DNA of 33,311 nt from a bacterium (GCA_040752695.1 JBFMGO010000065.1:1-33311), one strand, 5' to 3'; numbered from the stretch's first letter, positions 16,995 through 27,277 are shown. The notes: generated from the sequence alone by a model not told the origin. A program made the numbers and translations.

Positions 16995-17737
16995 TGTTCT
17001 TTCAGTTTGGCCAGCAGCCTGATGATTTCGAGATAGAGCCAGATCAGGGTGACGATGAGGGCAAATGCACCATACCACTCCATGTATTTTGGTGCTCCGC
17101 TGGCTGCTCCGCCAGCGATAAATTCAAAGTCTAATACCAAATTAAGGGCGGCAATTATCACGACAAAAATACTGAATCCAATTCCGATTATCCCACTTTC
17201 ATGAATGAAGGGCACACGTATCCCGAACAGCAAACCGAGGATAAGAGAGGTTAGATAGAACAGGAAAATGGCCCCGATGGCCGCTGTAATTCCTAGTTTG
17301 ACGCGGGCTGATAATCTGATTTTCCCCGACGAATACCCCAAAAGGAGGCAAAATAAGGTGCCAAAGGTCAGGGCCACGGCTTGAATAACGATTCCAGGGA
17401 ATCGGCTGTCGAATATGGCGGAGATCCCACCCAGAACCAGCCCTTCCAGGAGAGCATAGATTGGTGCAGTGACAAATGCCCACTGCTTATTGATGAGTGT
17501 GATGAAAAAGATAATGAGGCCACCTATACCCCCTCCAAAAACGAGCGGCCTGATTGACGCAGCATTCCCGGCAGAATAGTACATGCTCCAGGTCCAGACC
17601 GAGGAGATCAAGGCCAGGACGAGCAGCAAAGCTGTCTTGTTCACTGTCCCTTGAATTGACATAGTGTTGCCCATGGTGGCTGTTCGCCCGAATTCACCGA
17701 AAGGTTCGTAGTTCAGTGCCGGATTTGCAGTTCTCAC
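16988..17737 (-). CDS. Bax inhibitor-1-like (BaxI_1/YccA family) membrane protein
   Basis: RTANPAL, TMSIQGTVNKT, YALLEGLVLGGIS, NLVLDF, GAPKYMEWYGAF, TLIWLYLEIIRLL. Start set to GTG 17737 behind SD CAGGAGG. Confidence 0.92.
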   Translation of the reverse strand: MRTANPALNYEPFGEFGRTATMGNTMSIQGTVNKTALLLVLALISSVWTWSMYYSAGNAASIRPLVFGGGIGGLIIFFITLINKQWAFVTAPIYALLEGLVLGGISAIFDSRFPGIVIQAVALTFGTLFCLLLGYSSGKIRLSARVKLGITAAIGAIFLFYLTSLILGLLFGIRVPFIHESGIIGIGFSIFVVIIAALNLVLDFEFIAGGAASGAPKYMEWYGAFALIVTLIWLYLEIIRLLAKLKEHR

Positions 17738-17805
17738 GGTATTTGTCCTCCTGATATATCGAGTGCTGATCCCCCACAATACTTTCTCTTCAAAGGCTCC
17801 TGCCA

Positions 17806-17838
17806 CTTCCCCTTTGGCAAAAGGGGGAGGGGAGATTT
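17806..17838. repeat. REP-like palindrome of the CCCCTTT-N-AAAGGGGG type
   Basis: CTTCCCCTTTGGCAAAAGGGGGAGGGGAGATTT resembles a widespread dispersed intergenic palindrome family; single copy here. Confidence 0.6.
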
Positions 17839-18320
17839 TTAACAAAGAGTTCCATTTTAGGAATAACCTTCATGAGCAAGAGCGGTAGTCATAAAACTTA
17901 CCGGATAGTTATCGCTCTTTGCGTTTAGGTTACCATGTTTTTTTAAAAGGGTAAAATGAAAAGGACAGAAGAACAGTATGGCTGCGTATTTGATGCGCCG
18001 TGTTTTAGCATCGGTCGCGCTCATACGCGTGGCTGTGGCTGGTTATGGGATCGTCATCCTTGAGCATAAACTGATGGAGAAGAGGCTTCCACTCGGGGAG
18101 GGGGGGGCGTTGAGGGCGCAAGTCAGCGTTTATTGGTTTTTTTATTTAACTGATTATTAGCGGGCAATGCACCAGGTTTATAATCAAGAGCATAATGATC
18201 TGAAAATATTAATATTTTGCCCCTGCTTCAGGAATAAGCCCTGGCTGAGGTCGTTCTTCTTCGGAATTGAGGATAATATTCATATATTTGCCTCTTGGCC
18301 TTGTTTTTCAAGTTTTTCCC

Positions 18321-18349
18321 TTGCATTAATTCATCGGTTATGTTAATTT
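18321..18349 (+). promoter_or_regulatory. Sigma-70 promoter for nusA-infB
   Basis: TTGCAT-17 nt-TAATTT with extended -10 TG. Confidence 0.55.
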
Positions 18350-18376
18350 AACTGAGGTAATAAATCTGCTAAGCGG

Positions 18377-18406
18377 AAAGTGGGCAAAAAGCCCGCTTTT
18401 TGTTTT
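18377..18406 (+). promoter_or_regulatory. rimP/nusA leader terminator-like hairpin
   Basis: AAAGTGGGC-aaaaa-GCCCGCTTT followed by TTGTTTT, resembling the leader commonly seen before rimP-nusA operons. Confidence 0.7.
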
Positions 18407-18429
18407 ATATGCCAGTATGGAGGCCATAA

Positions 18430-19710
18430 ATGGGTAGTGATTTGCTGAAAGTTATCCAACAGGTAGGAAGAGAGAAAAACATCAACCCTGAAGTGTTGAT
18501 TGAAGCGGTGGAGTCTGCCTTGTTGCTAGCCTCCAAGAAGCGGTTTGGATCTATCGATAACCTTGCCTTCCATCTTAATCGAGATACTGGTGAAGTTGAG
18601 TTGTTCAGCGTCCGGAAGGTGACGGAAGAGATAAAGGATGAGGATAAAGAAATCCTGTTGGAAGAGGCTCTTAAATTCGAATCGAAAGCCAAAATGGGAG
18701 ATACCATTGAGGTGCAGATGGAAATTGAGGATTTTGGCCGTATTGCGGCCCAAACTGCCAAGCATGTTATCATCCAGAAGGTCCGTGAGGCAGAGAGAGA
18801 AAATGTATACAATGATTTTAAGGATAGAAAGGGTGAGTTGATCAACGGAATTGTGCAGCGGACCGAGAAGGGCAACATCATTGTGGATCTTGGTAAGACC
18901 GAAGTGATCATCCCTCCCAAAGAGCAGATTTCTGGAGAATCATTCCGTGCAGGAGACCGGATACGGGCTTACATTGCCGACGTCTACAGGACCAGCAAGG
19001 GGCCGCAGATCACCCTGTCGCGGACTCATGCAGGGTTTGTGGCGAAATTGTTTGAAGTTGAGGTACCGGAGATTTACGAGGGCATAGTCAGTATCATGGC
19101 CACCGTGCGAGAGCCGGGCGAGCGCACCAAGATTGCCGTGCATTCGAAGGATAAAGATGTGGACCCGGTAGGTGCCTGTGTCGGCCTCCGTGGCTCCCGG
19201 GTACAGTCCATAGTCCGGGAACTGCGTGGCGAGAAAATAGATATTATCCGGTGGTCCGAGGATCCGCTTACCTACGTGACCAACGCCTTGAGTCCGGCAG
19301 AGATCCTGCATGCGGACTTCGATCCGAAAAACAAATCCGTCAAGATCGTGGTTTCGGATCAGCATTTATCGCTGGCTATCGGTAAAAGAGGTCAAAATGC
19401 CCGTTTAGCATCTAAACTAACCGGCTGGAAGATCGACATCAACAGTGAGGCTGAAGTGAAAGAACACAAGATGAGGGTGAATAAAAAGCGGGAGCAGGTC
19501 ATTAAGCATCTTTCCAATCTTCCTGATATGGACTTAGAAGTGGCAGAAAGAATCATCAACCGGGGAATTAATTCTCTGGAAGAAATGGCTTCATTGTCGG
19601 TGGAGGAATTGGCTGCAATTCCCGGAGTCGGAGAAGGCATGGCCCGGAGCATTATCCAGAGCGCATCTGAAAAAATAAAGAGACAAGATACTGGAGGTGA
19701 TATAGCTTGA
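18430..19710 (+). CDS. nusA: Transcription termination/antitermination factor NusA
   Basis: FGRIAAQTAK, LSRTH, EVPEI, REPGERTKIAV, DPVGACVG.RGSRV, LSLAIGKRGQNARLA; C-terminal HhH. Confidence 0.99.
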   Translation: MGSDLLKVIQQVGREKNINPEVLIEAVESALLLASKKRFGSIDNLAFHLNRDTGEVELFSVRKVTEEIKDEDKEILLEEALKFESKAKMGDTIEVQMEIEDFGRIAAQTAKHVIIQKVREAERENVYNDFKDRKGELINGIVQRTEKGNIIVDLGKTEVIIPPKEQISGESFRAGDRIRAYIADVYRTSKGPQITLSRTHAGFVAKLFEVEVPEIYEGIVSIMATVREPGERTKIAVHSKDKDVDPVGACVGLRGSRVQSIVRELRGEKIDIIRWSEDPLTYVTNALSPAEILHADFDPKNKSVKIVVSDQHLSLAIGKRGQNARLASKLTGWKIDINSEAEVKEHKMRVNKKREQVIKHLSNLPDMDLEVAERIINRGINSLEEMASLSVEELAAIPGVGEGMARSIIQSASEKIKRQDTGGDIA

Positions 19711-21779
19711 AAAAGGTTCGTATCCATGAAATAGCCAAGAAGTTGGGTATGTCGAGCAAGGAACTGGTGGCAGAGGTCCAGGATCTGGGAGTGGGGATCA
19801 AAAGTTACATGAGTACTGTGGATGAGGATACGGCAAAGATAATCCTGGAGATGCTCACCCCGGTTAAAGTAGATTCCGGCTCAAAAGGAGCACGGAAACC
19901 GGAGAATCAAAATAAAACAGTTCAGGAGAAGGCACGGCCATCTGTCAATCTCGATGTACAAGAGAGTGAGACTATGCTGAAGGACTCCGGTGAAAAAGAG
20001 GTCTCAGAGACCAGTGAACCATCGGAAAATTCGAAAAAAATCCAACTGACCGAAGCCGTAACGGTGAAAGAGCTGGCTGAGAAAATGGAAAAGAAACCCA
20101 ATGAGGTAATCAAAAAACTGATTCAGTTGGGTGTTATGGCTTCCATTAATCAGATATTGGACGTCAGTATAGCCATGTCTGTAGTAGAGAGTTTTGGCTT
20201 TCAGGTCAGCATGGTTTCCCTCGAAGGGAAAGAGGATCTGGACATCAGTGATAACGACCCTTCCCTGCTCGTTCCGCGGCCTCCGGTGGTAACGGTCATG
20301 GGCCATGTCGATCATGGGAAAACCAAGCTCCTGGATGCAATTCGAAAGACCAACGTAGCTTCTAACGAATACGGAGGGATTACTCAGCATATCGGTGCTT
20401 ACAAGGTCAGATTGAAAGGCGGGGATGTCGTATTCCTGGACACCCCTGGTCACGAGGCATTTACCGCTATGCGGGCACGTGGCGCACAGGTCACCGATGT
20501 GGTTATTCTCGTCGTGGCTGCGGATGACGGCGTTATGCCGCAGACCGTTGAGGCCGTCAATCATGCGCGTGCTGCCGGAGTGCCGATCGTGGTAGCGATC
20601 AATAAAATCGATAAACCGGAGGCCAATCCTGAGCGGGTCAAGAATGATCTGGCCAAGATGGACCTGATGCCGGAAGATTGGGGTGGAAAGACCATCTTTG
20701 TAGAAGTCTCGGCCAAGGCACAACTGGGCATCGACAACTTATTGGAAATGCTCCTTCTGGAGGCCGAGATGCTTGAGTTAAAGGCCGATCCGACAAGGAT
20801 GGCCAAGGGAACCATAATCGAAGCCAAGCTGCACCGGGGCCGGGGGCCAGTGGCTACCGTCCTTGTTCAGAACGGAACACTGCGGGTAGGCGACCCCTTT
20901 GTGACCGGTTTGTACTATGGCAAAGTGCGTGCCCTGATCGACGATCAGGGGAAAAATGTCAAGGAAGCGCCACCCTCTACACCGGTGGAAATCCTCGGCA
21001 TCTCGGGAGTCCCGCAGGTGGGGGATTCGTTCATTGTGGTGAGTGACGAGCGCAAAGCCCGCCTCATCAGTACGATCCGGCTCGAGAAACAAAGAACTGA
21101 GGGTCTGCGCAAGACTGCCAAAGTAACTCTTGAAGACCTCTATGACCGCATCAAGAAAGGAGAGGTCAAAGAGCTGAAGGTTATCTTGAAGGCAGACGTG
21201 CAGGGTTCCGTCCAGGCTATCAGCGACTCCCTGGAGCGGCTGAGCACTCCTGAGGTTAACTTGAAGGTTATCCATGGTTCGGTGGGAGCTATTACCGAAA
21301 GCGACGTTATGCTCGGATCTTCTTCCGAAGCCATTATTCTCGGCTTTAATGTCCGGCCTGAGCCCAAAGCCGCAAACCTGGCTGAGCGAGAATCGGTGGA
21401 TATTCGCAGCTATACGATTATCTACGACCTGATAAAAGATGTCCAATCCGCCATGAAAGGAATGCTTGAGCCTACCTACAAGGAGATTATCCTCGGAAGG
21501 GCAGAAGTGCGACAGGTATTCAGTATTCCCAAGGTCGGCGCTATTGGCGGATCGTATGTCCTGGAGGGAAAAATCCTCAAAGGTTCCAAGCTGCGCCTGT
21601 TGCGAGATAATATCGTCATTTATGAGGGGAAAATCACCTCCTTAAGACGGTTCAAGGACGATGCCCGCGAGGTCCAGAGCGGCTATGAATGCGGGATAGG
21701 GCTGGAGAATTTCAATGACCTCAAGCCCGGAGATATTATCGAAGACTACGAATTACAAGAGGTGGAGGTTAAGCTGTAA
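19707..21779 (+). CDS. infB: Translation initiation factor IF-2 (TTG start overlapping the nusA stop)
   Basis: [51 protein letters not shown]. Confidence 0.99.
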   Translation: MKKVRIHEIAKKLGMSSKELVAEVQDLGVGIKSYMSTVDEDTAKIILEMLTPVKVDSGSKGARKPENQNKTVQEKARPSVNLDVQESETMLKDSGEKEVSETSEPSENSKKIQLTEAVTVKELAEKMEKKPNEVIKKLIQLGVMASINQILDVSIAMSVVESFGFQVSMVSLEGKEDLDISDNDPSLLVPRPPVVTVMGHVDHGKTKLLDAIRKTNVASNEYGGITQHIGAYKVRLKGGDVVFLDTPGHEAFTAMRARGAQVTDVVILVVAADDGVMPQTVEAVNHARAAGVPIVVAINKIDKPEANPERVKNDLAKMDLMPEDWGGKTIFVEVSAKAQLGIDNLLEMLLLEAEMLELKADPTRMAKGTIIEAKLHRGRGPVATVLVQNGTLRVGDPFVTGLYYGKVRALIDDQGKNVKEAPPSTPVEILGISGVPQVGDSFIVVSDERKARLISTIRLEKQRTEGLRKTAKVTLEDLYDRIKKGEVKELKVILKADVQGSVQAISDSLERLSTPEVNLKVIHGSVGAITESDVMLGSSSEAIILGFNVRPEPKAANLAERESVDIRSYTIIYDLIKDVQSAMKGMLEPTYKEIILGRAEVRQVFSIPKVGAIGGSYVLEGKILKGSKLRLLRDNIVIYEGKITSLRRFKDDAREVQSGYECGIGLENFNDLKPGDIIEDYELQEVEVKL

Positions 21780-21822
21780 GCGCCCTTATGCGAACAGCGA
21801 TACCTCCATGTGCTCTCTCCTC

Positions 21823-21890
21823 ATCCCCCTGGCATTTATCCCTTTTGGGATGCCCTGATCCCGAAGGTCAGCGGGGATTGCATTTTTTTT
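21823..21890 (+). terminator. Extended hairpin plus T-tract after infB
   Basis: Outer ATCCCC-CTG/CAG-C-GGGGAT and inner CCTTTTGGGAT/ATCCCGAAGG stems followed by T8. Confidence 0.6.
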
Positions 21891-22085
21891 CTCGCCGTGA
21901 ATTTCCCTCAATAAACATGGTAGTCTGATACCTTACCTTTCTGTTCTGCCGGTTTTGGTAGCACCACAAAACTCCGTGGAGTCATTTTAGAAGCAATCTG
22001 AGGCCTATAATTGCTCGGCTGCAAGGGTGCGTAATCTACTCATTTTTACCTGCTCCACGCTATTCATGAACGTTTAACACCACCC

Positions 22086-22270
22086 TACTTGAGGACTGAT
22101 CTGATTATTCTGGATGATTTCGGAACTCTTCCAGCCCCAATCTCCCGAAGACCTTTACGATATTATCAACGAACGATACGAGCGAGGCAGCATCCTGCTT
22201 ACCAGTAACCGTTAACCGTGCTCCTGCTGAATGGCCAGATCTGTTGCAAGATCCCCTGCCGGCTTCAGTC
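22086..22270 (+). pseudogene. istB: IS21-family IstB helper ATPase fragment
   Basis: YLRTDLIILDDFG (Walker B), frameshift, PEDLYDIINERYERGSILLTSNR, 7-bp duplication TAACCGT, APAEWPDLLQDPL. Confidence 0.9.
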
Positions 22271-22510
22271 TATGAACACATAATCTGTATGGAGGAATAT
22301 GCATATTCCTTATACTCCATACCACCAATGTTTGGATAACTCCGCATTCAGTATCAATAAGTTATAAAAAACAATTTCAGGAACAGAAAGTGCTTTTATT
22401 GTAGGTAAGATAAATAGAAAGCAGATTTGACAGGATTTAGGAAGAGTGCACAAAAAAATCATAATCTATCTGGTGTCAATGGCAAAAGGAATATGAAATT
22501 GGAGTAAAAA

Positions 22511-22903
22511 ATGAAAAAATTAAATCTTATCATATCATTAATTGCTATATGCTTAACACTTATAAGTTGTGGCGAAGTAAGTGAAGATAGCCAGGATCAG
22601 GAACAAATTAATCAATCTAATACCTCTGGCTTTAATGGGACAGTGCACTATACCTGGAAGAGCGATATTTATAAGAACTGGATTAGAATTGAAGGCACCG
22701 TGAGAAACGACACTCCAATAGAACAGGATCATATTATCATGCATATAAGGGTAAGAGACGGTAATTACAATATTCTAGGAACAGACAGTATCTACCTTGA
22801 TCCTATACCTGCTGCTGATGAGGTTACGTTTACATCCTACATTTTCGATAGAACCTGCCCCTCTGATGAACTTCAACTCTCCTGGAAATTTGAAAAATAT
22901 TGA
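22511..22903 (+). CDS. Lipoprotein with FxLYD-like beta-sandwich domain
   Basis: Lipobox LISC after a hydrophobic signal; IEGTVRNDT...IRVRDGNYNILGTD...PIPAADEVTF pattern. AT-rich. Confidence 0.75.
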   Translation: MKKLNLIISLIAICLTLISCGEVSEDSQDQEQINQSNTSGFNGTVHYTWKSDIYKNWIRIEGTVRNDTPIEQDHIIMHIRVRDGNYNILGTDSIYLDPIPAADEVTFTSYIFDRTCPSDELQLSWKFEKY

Positions 22904-22935
22904 ATGAATTATTCTCTATTCGATTAGCTTACAGG

Positions 22936-23766
22936 CTACATCCTGCGCAATAGAATGCGCTGAATCAAGGGGCTGTAGGCTATGGCGAAGAGGGTGCAAT
23001 TGGCAAGAATGTGAATAGTGATGGGAGTCAAGAGGTTGCCGGAATACTCAAAGGAAAGGGTGAAGAGGATCCCGCCGATAATCTGCGTCATCGGAATTGC
23101 ACCCGCGAGTACAATCCGGATGTGGAGCAGGGCGAAAAACAGGGAGATCCCCAGGACAGAGCAAGGGATGGAAAACCTGCTCCGGAGGGCATTATACAGT
23201 CCCCCCACAAAAAAAGAATCCTCTACTATGGGTGCGAGGATACCGCCAATTAAAATTATCCACCCCAGATGGTCGGCAGGAGAGGAAAACAGAAATTGAA
23301 ACAGGTTGATACCGAAAAGGAGAAAAAGGCCCCAGATTGCAAAAACGAACAGGCCAAACCCGAAACTCCACAAAAATCCCTTGAAGAGACCGGCCTTCCA
23401 TTCTCCGGATTCAAGTCCTATGGCTGACATCCCGCTGCCGGAAAGGTAAACGAGAAAGAGGATGAGCCCAAAGTCCAGAAGCCGGAAAATGGCGGTAGCC
23501 CACAGCGCATCAAGATCACCAGCCTCTGGCAGGATGCGGAAAAAAAGCCAGCCCCCGCCGATTTCAACCAGGATGATCAGCGTGAGAAGAGAAAGGGCAT
23601 GTACGATAGACAGTGACTTTCGGCAGTCTGGCTTGCTATTGCCGGACTTACAATCACCAGACTCACAATCACCTGACATGCAATCACCTGACTTTCGATC
23701 ATTCGACCTTCGGTCGCTTATCCTAAGATTACTTGCCCTTACATTACCTGACCGTAAATTTCTCAT
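22936..23766 (-). CDS. CPBP (CAAX/Abi) family intramembrane metalloprotease-like protein
   Basis: APIVEDSFF (motif 1, degenerate), FALLH, PITIHILAN; multiple TM segments; repeat-rich N-terminus. Confidence 0.85.
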   Translation of the reverse strand: MRNLRSGNVRASNLRISDRRSNDRKSGDCMSGDCESGDCKSGNSKPDCRKSLSIVHALSLLTLIILVEIGGGWLFFRILPEAGDLDALWATAIFRLLDFGLILFLVYLSGSGMSAIGLESGEWKAGLFKGFLWSFGFGLFVFAIWGLFLLFGINLFQFLFSSPADHLGWIILIGGILAPIVEDSFFVGGLYNALRSRFSIPCSVLGISLFFALLHIRIVLAGAIPMTQIIGGILFTLSFEYSGNLLTPITIHILANCTLFAIAYSPLIQRILLRRM

Positions 23767-25450
23767 TGGTCCAGCCTGCCTTTTTCAATGCATGATAAAT
23801 CTTCATTTTGAGATACCACGGCCGGTCGCTTTGAAGAATTCCGAGCAAGACCTCTCTGGCCTTGTGGTTTCGCATTTTTGAAAGAGATTCTGCGGCTGTG
23901 TAGACTACATTTATATTGGAGTCCTCCAGCAAAGAGATCAGCAGGGGAAAGGCACTGGTTTCATCATAACCGGCCAGCCTGCCAAGGAATTTGGCCCCGA
24001 ACCTGCGAACCACAGGATCTGCGTCCCTGGCCATGAGTGTGGTATTCTCCTGATACGCCTGCCCCCGCCATTCATGCGGCTTTAACGTTTCATCCAGCTG
24101 CTGGAGTGCGCCGATCCGGTCCCCGGGCACCTCTGATCTGGCTATCTGCCATAGTTTCGGGATCTCTTCAGGTAGCCGGGATTTCACCTTTAACCGTACC
24201 ATGAGGCCGATAAACAGAATGAGAATAACCATGAGGATAATGCCGGTTTCTTTTATTCGCCCCACCTTGACCTTGCTCAGGGAGAGCACTTTTTTGATTC
24301 CCCACAGGATAAAGACAAACAGGCCAAAAGCCAGGGCCAGGGGGATAATAATGAAGAGAGAGAGTCCACATCCCCTGCTTAAAAGAGAGAATGGATCAGC
24401 AGCGAGGCTAAATTTTTCAAGATGTTCTTCCGGGTCATGGATGAAATCCCGGTAAGAAACCCGGTAAGCGGGCTTCAGTCTCCCCTTCCCACTGTCATCC
24501 GTGAGTTCATCTTTTAGCTCACCCTTTGGCCAATTCTCATTCCAGTAAAAGAGAATCTCATCAGGTACACCGTGGGCTAAAACCGTCTGAAAACCGCCAG
24601 CCGGATGGGAACCGGCATCTCGCTCTGTCACATCTTGCCCGGATGCACCTTGTTGATCGGTCTTTCCCTGATCGAATGATACAATCACAAACCAATCGGC
24701 TTGACTCAGGACGTTTTGAAGCTCGGATACCCGGCCCTCAGGGAATCCTTTCGCAGCCAGGGTCACTACGTTCTGAAGGCGGTAGCAGAGGGGCTGAACC
24801 AGGCGCGCAGGATAAAGGGTATAGCAGTAGTAAAACTCGTCGATCAGACGGCCCGTTTTGGTCGGTAAAAGAAGCCGGTCCCGGATTTCGATAAAATCAA
24901 GCTGTTTGAAGGTGAAGACCAAAAGGACGCAGAAAGTCAGAAAGACAAACCCATAGCGTGCCAGATCAGCCAGACGGAAGCGTTCTTTAGACAGCAAGGG
25001 CAAAGACAGAAGGTAAAGCAGCACGGGAACAAGCAGCAGGAAAAGAAGAACCGCAGGATCTGACCCCCTCCCCAGCCATACCAGTATGCTATCGAGCACG
25101 ATAATCGGTAAAAACCGCAAAAACCGGTACCCTTTTCGCTGGTAAAGGGAAAAAAGCCACAGGATGAGACCACAAAAAAAACCATATCCCAGACCAATCG
25201 ACAGGGCAAAGAAAATCCCTCCGGCCATATAGGTGGACATGGCTTTCATTTCCGAGGCCAGGAACTGGCCAGGGACTGCCAGGTAGCCGAGCCGGGCAAT
25301 GGCCTCCTGTTCCAGCCAAAGCTGATGATTGCTTACGGCTATCAGAAATGTTCCAAGAAGTTGCCCCCCCAGCGTGCCAAACAGTGCACAGATCAGGAGA
25401 AAAAATACCGGCCTGGGGAACGCTTTCGGGTTTTCTCCCGATGCAGTCAT
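23744..25450 (-). CDS. Multi-pass membrane protein with C-terminal HEAT repeats
   Basis: Several hydrophobic helices; DADPVVRRFGAKFLGRL and LLEDSNINVVYTAAESLSKM HEAT/PBS-like repeats. Confidence 0.8.
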   Translation of the reverse strand: MTASGENPKAFPRPVFFLLICALFGTLGGQLLGTFLIAVSNHQLWLEQEAIARLGYLAVPGQFLASEMKAMSTYMAGGIFFALSIGLGYGFFCGLILWLFSLYQRKGYRFLRFLPIIVLDSILVWLGRGSDPAVLLFLLLVPVLLYLLSLPLLSKERFRLADLARYGFVFLTFCVLLVFTFKQLDFIEIRDRLLLPTKTGRLIDEFYYCYTLYPARLVQPLCYRLQNVVTLAAKGFPEGRVSELQNVLSQADWFVIVSFDQGKTDQQGASGQDVTERDAGSHPAGGFQTVLAHGVPDEILFYWNENWPKGELKDELTDDSGKGRLKPAYRVSYRDFIHDPEEHLEKFSLAADPFSLLSRGCGLSLFIIIPLALAFGLFVFILWGIKKVLSLSKVKVGRIKETGIILMVILILFIGLMVRLKVKSRLPEEIPKLWQIARSEVPGDRIGALQQLDETLKPHEWRGQAYQENTTLMARDADPVVRRFGAKFLGRLAGYDETSAFPLLISLLEDSNINVVYTAAESLSKMRNHKAREVLLGILQSDRPWYLKMKIYHALKKAGWTNEKFTVR

Positions 25451-25508
25451 ATCGAGCCTTTCATAAAGAAACCTTCAGAGACGTTTAGAAGGAGCTCTTC
25501 AGAACCCT

Positions 25509-26531
25509 TCATAAAGAACCTTTTCTCGCAATGCCAAAGTGTTTATAGGCCTTGGCCGTAGCCACTCTTCCACGTGGAGTTTTTTGCAGGTAGCCTTCCT
25601 GGATCAGGTACGGCTCATAGACATCCTCGATAGTATCTTTCTCTTCGTTAATAGCTGCCGAAAGTGTCTCCAGTCCCACAGGCCCTCCCCCAAACATCTT
25701 GATGATGGTCACAAGGAGAAGCTGATCCATTTTATCGAACCCGGCCTTATCGATTTCAAGCATCTCCAGTGCCTGGTCAGCTATCTGTTCGGTGATCCGG
25801 CCATCCGCCTTGATCTGGGCAAAGTCTCTTACCCGCTTGAGGATACGGTTGGCGATCCGTGGAGTGCCCCGTGACCTTCTGGCAATTTCCATGGCTCCGG
25901 CCTCGTTGATCTGAATGTTCAGGATTCTGGCAGACCGGAAAACGATGGATTGCAGCTCCTTCGGGGTGTAAAACTCCAGCCGGTTGATAACACCGAAGCG
26001 ATCCCGCAGGGGCGAGGTGAGAAGCCCTGCCCTGGTAGTGGCAGCAACCAGTGTAAAGCGGGGCAGGTCTATCTTGATGGACCTGGCACTTGGCCCCTGC
26101 CCGATGATGATATCCAGCTTATAGTCTTCCATGGCCGGATAGAGGATCTCTTCAACCGCAGCAGGGAGCCTGTGGATTTCATCGATGAATAAAACATCGA
26201 GGTCTTTGAGATTGGTAAGGATGGCAGCCAAATCTCCTGCCCGCTCTATCACCGGTCCTGACGTGGACCGCAGATTCGTCCCCATTTCACGGGAGATGAT
26301 ATAGGCCAAAGAGGTTTTCCCCATGCCCGGAGGCCCATAGAAAAGGCAATGATCCAGAGCTTCACACCGCTTTCTGGCGGCCTGGATAAAAATCTGCAAA
26401 TTTTCCTTGACCCTTCTTTGCCCCAGGTATTCTTGAAAATTCTGGGGCCTCAGGCTCAGATCAAGCGCTACGTCTTCGCCCGTCAAATTTCCATTGGTCA
26501 GGCGCTTTTCATACTGTTCTTTATTTTCCAT
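25509..26531 (-). CDS. ruvB: Holliday junction branch migration helicase RuvB
   Basis: [66 protein letters not shown]. Confidence 0.99.
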   Translation of the reverse strand: MENKEQYEKRLTNGNLTGEDVALDLSLRPQNFQEYLGQRRVKENLQIFIQAARKRCEALDHCLFYGPPGMGKTSLAYIISREMGTNLRSTSGPVIERAGDLAAILTNLKDLDVLFIDEIHRLPAAVEEILYPAMEDYKLDIIIGQGPSARSIKIDLPRFTLVAATTRAGLLTSPLRDRFGVINRLEFYTPKELQSIVFRSARILNIQINEAGAMEIARRSRGTPRIANRILKRVRDFAQIKADGRITEQIADQALEMLEIDKAGFDKMDQLLLVTIIKMFGGGPVGLETLSAAINEEKDTIEDVYEPYLIQEGYLQKTPRGRVATAKAYKHFGIARKGSL

Positions 26532-26593
26532 ACTGTTTTTTCTTTTCCGTACTATTCTTTATTTTTTGTACTGTTCTTTATTTTCCGCACTGC

Positions 26594-26624
26594 CCGAAAA
26601 AAAAACACCCTTACGGGAGGGCAT
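26594..26624 (-). terminator. Terminator-like hairpin between ruvA and ruvB
   Basis: Minus strand ATGCCCT-cccgta-AGGGTGT followed by a long T-tract. Confidence 0.45.
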
Positions 26625-26638
26625 TTAAAAAACATACC

Positions 26639-27277
26639 CTAGCCAGCCAGCCGGTTGAGCGCCTTTTTAATCAGTTCTTCAATCGAAAGGTTCGCTTCCC
26701 GGTGAATAATCTGGTTGACGGCCCGCTCGGCTGTCAGCCTGTTGTATCCAAGGCTGATCAGGGCAGAAACCGCGTCACTTTGCATATCCTCCTCCTCCCC
26801 TCCCGCCGGCTGGTGCCCCAGTTGTTGAACGGAGGATGCGGGAGGAGCGCTTGTGGTTGAGTCACTTTTTTGTTGTGCAGGGATTTTATCTTTCAGTTCC
26901 AGAATAAGCCTGCTGGCAGTTTTCTCGCCGATGCCGGGGATAGCGCGCATACGGCTTACATCCGAAGACCGGATGGCGGATTTAAACTCTCCGGTCGAGA
27001 TATGCGAGAGGATATTTCTGGCCAGTTTGGGACCGATCTTGCTGACTTTCAGCATGAGCTCGAATAGCTCTTTTTCCTCCGAAGACAAAAAGCCGAATAG
27101 TTGCCAGCTCTCCTCTCGAATGGAAGTGTGGATAAGGAGCTTTACCTCTTCTCCCGCTTCGGGCAGCTTATAGAACGTGGACAGAGGAACACATACCTGA
27201 TATCCGATGCCGTGGATATCAACGATGACCTGTTCGGTATTTTTGTTCTGGAGTGTTCCGTGCAGATAGGCGATCAT
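26639..27277 (-). CDS. ruvA: Holliday junction branch migration protein RuvA
   Basis: MIAYLHG, GIGYQV, LFGF, IGPKLA, IPGIGEKTASRLILELKDK, DAVSALISLGY. Confidence 0.98.
   Translation of the reverse strand: MIAYLHGTLQNKNTEQVIVDIHGIGYQVCVPLSTFYKLPEAGEEVKLLIHTSIREESWQLFGFLSSEEKELFELMLKVSKIGPKLARNILSHISTGEFKSAIRSSDVSRMRAIPGIGEKTASRLILELKDKIPAQQKSDSTTSAPPASSVQQLGHQPAGGEEEDMQSDAVSALISLGYNRLTAERAVNQIIHREANLSIEELIKKALNRLAG

Noticed and set aside
16814..17134. Plus-strand 106-aa and 63-aa ORFs
   Set aside because: Translations of the 11-bp array and antisense of the BaxI_1 gene.
12445..17737. Integron cassette array
   Set aside because: No attC-like RYYYAAC...GTTRRRY hairpins or integrase recognised; some genes overlap.
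17978..18160. 60-aa ORF upstream of nusA as a rimP remnant
   Set aside because: No RimP motifs, and it lies upstream of the predicted promoter and leader.
18321..18348. TTATGTTAATT as the XerD arm of a dif site
   Set aside because: No XerC-like arm at 6-bp spacing; better explained as the nusA promoter -10 region.
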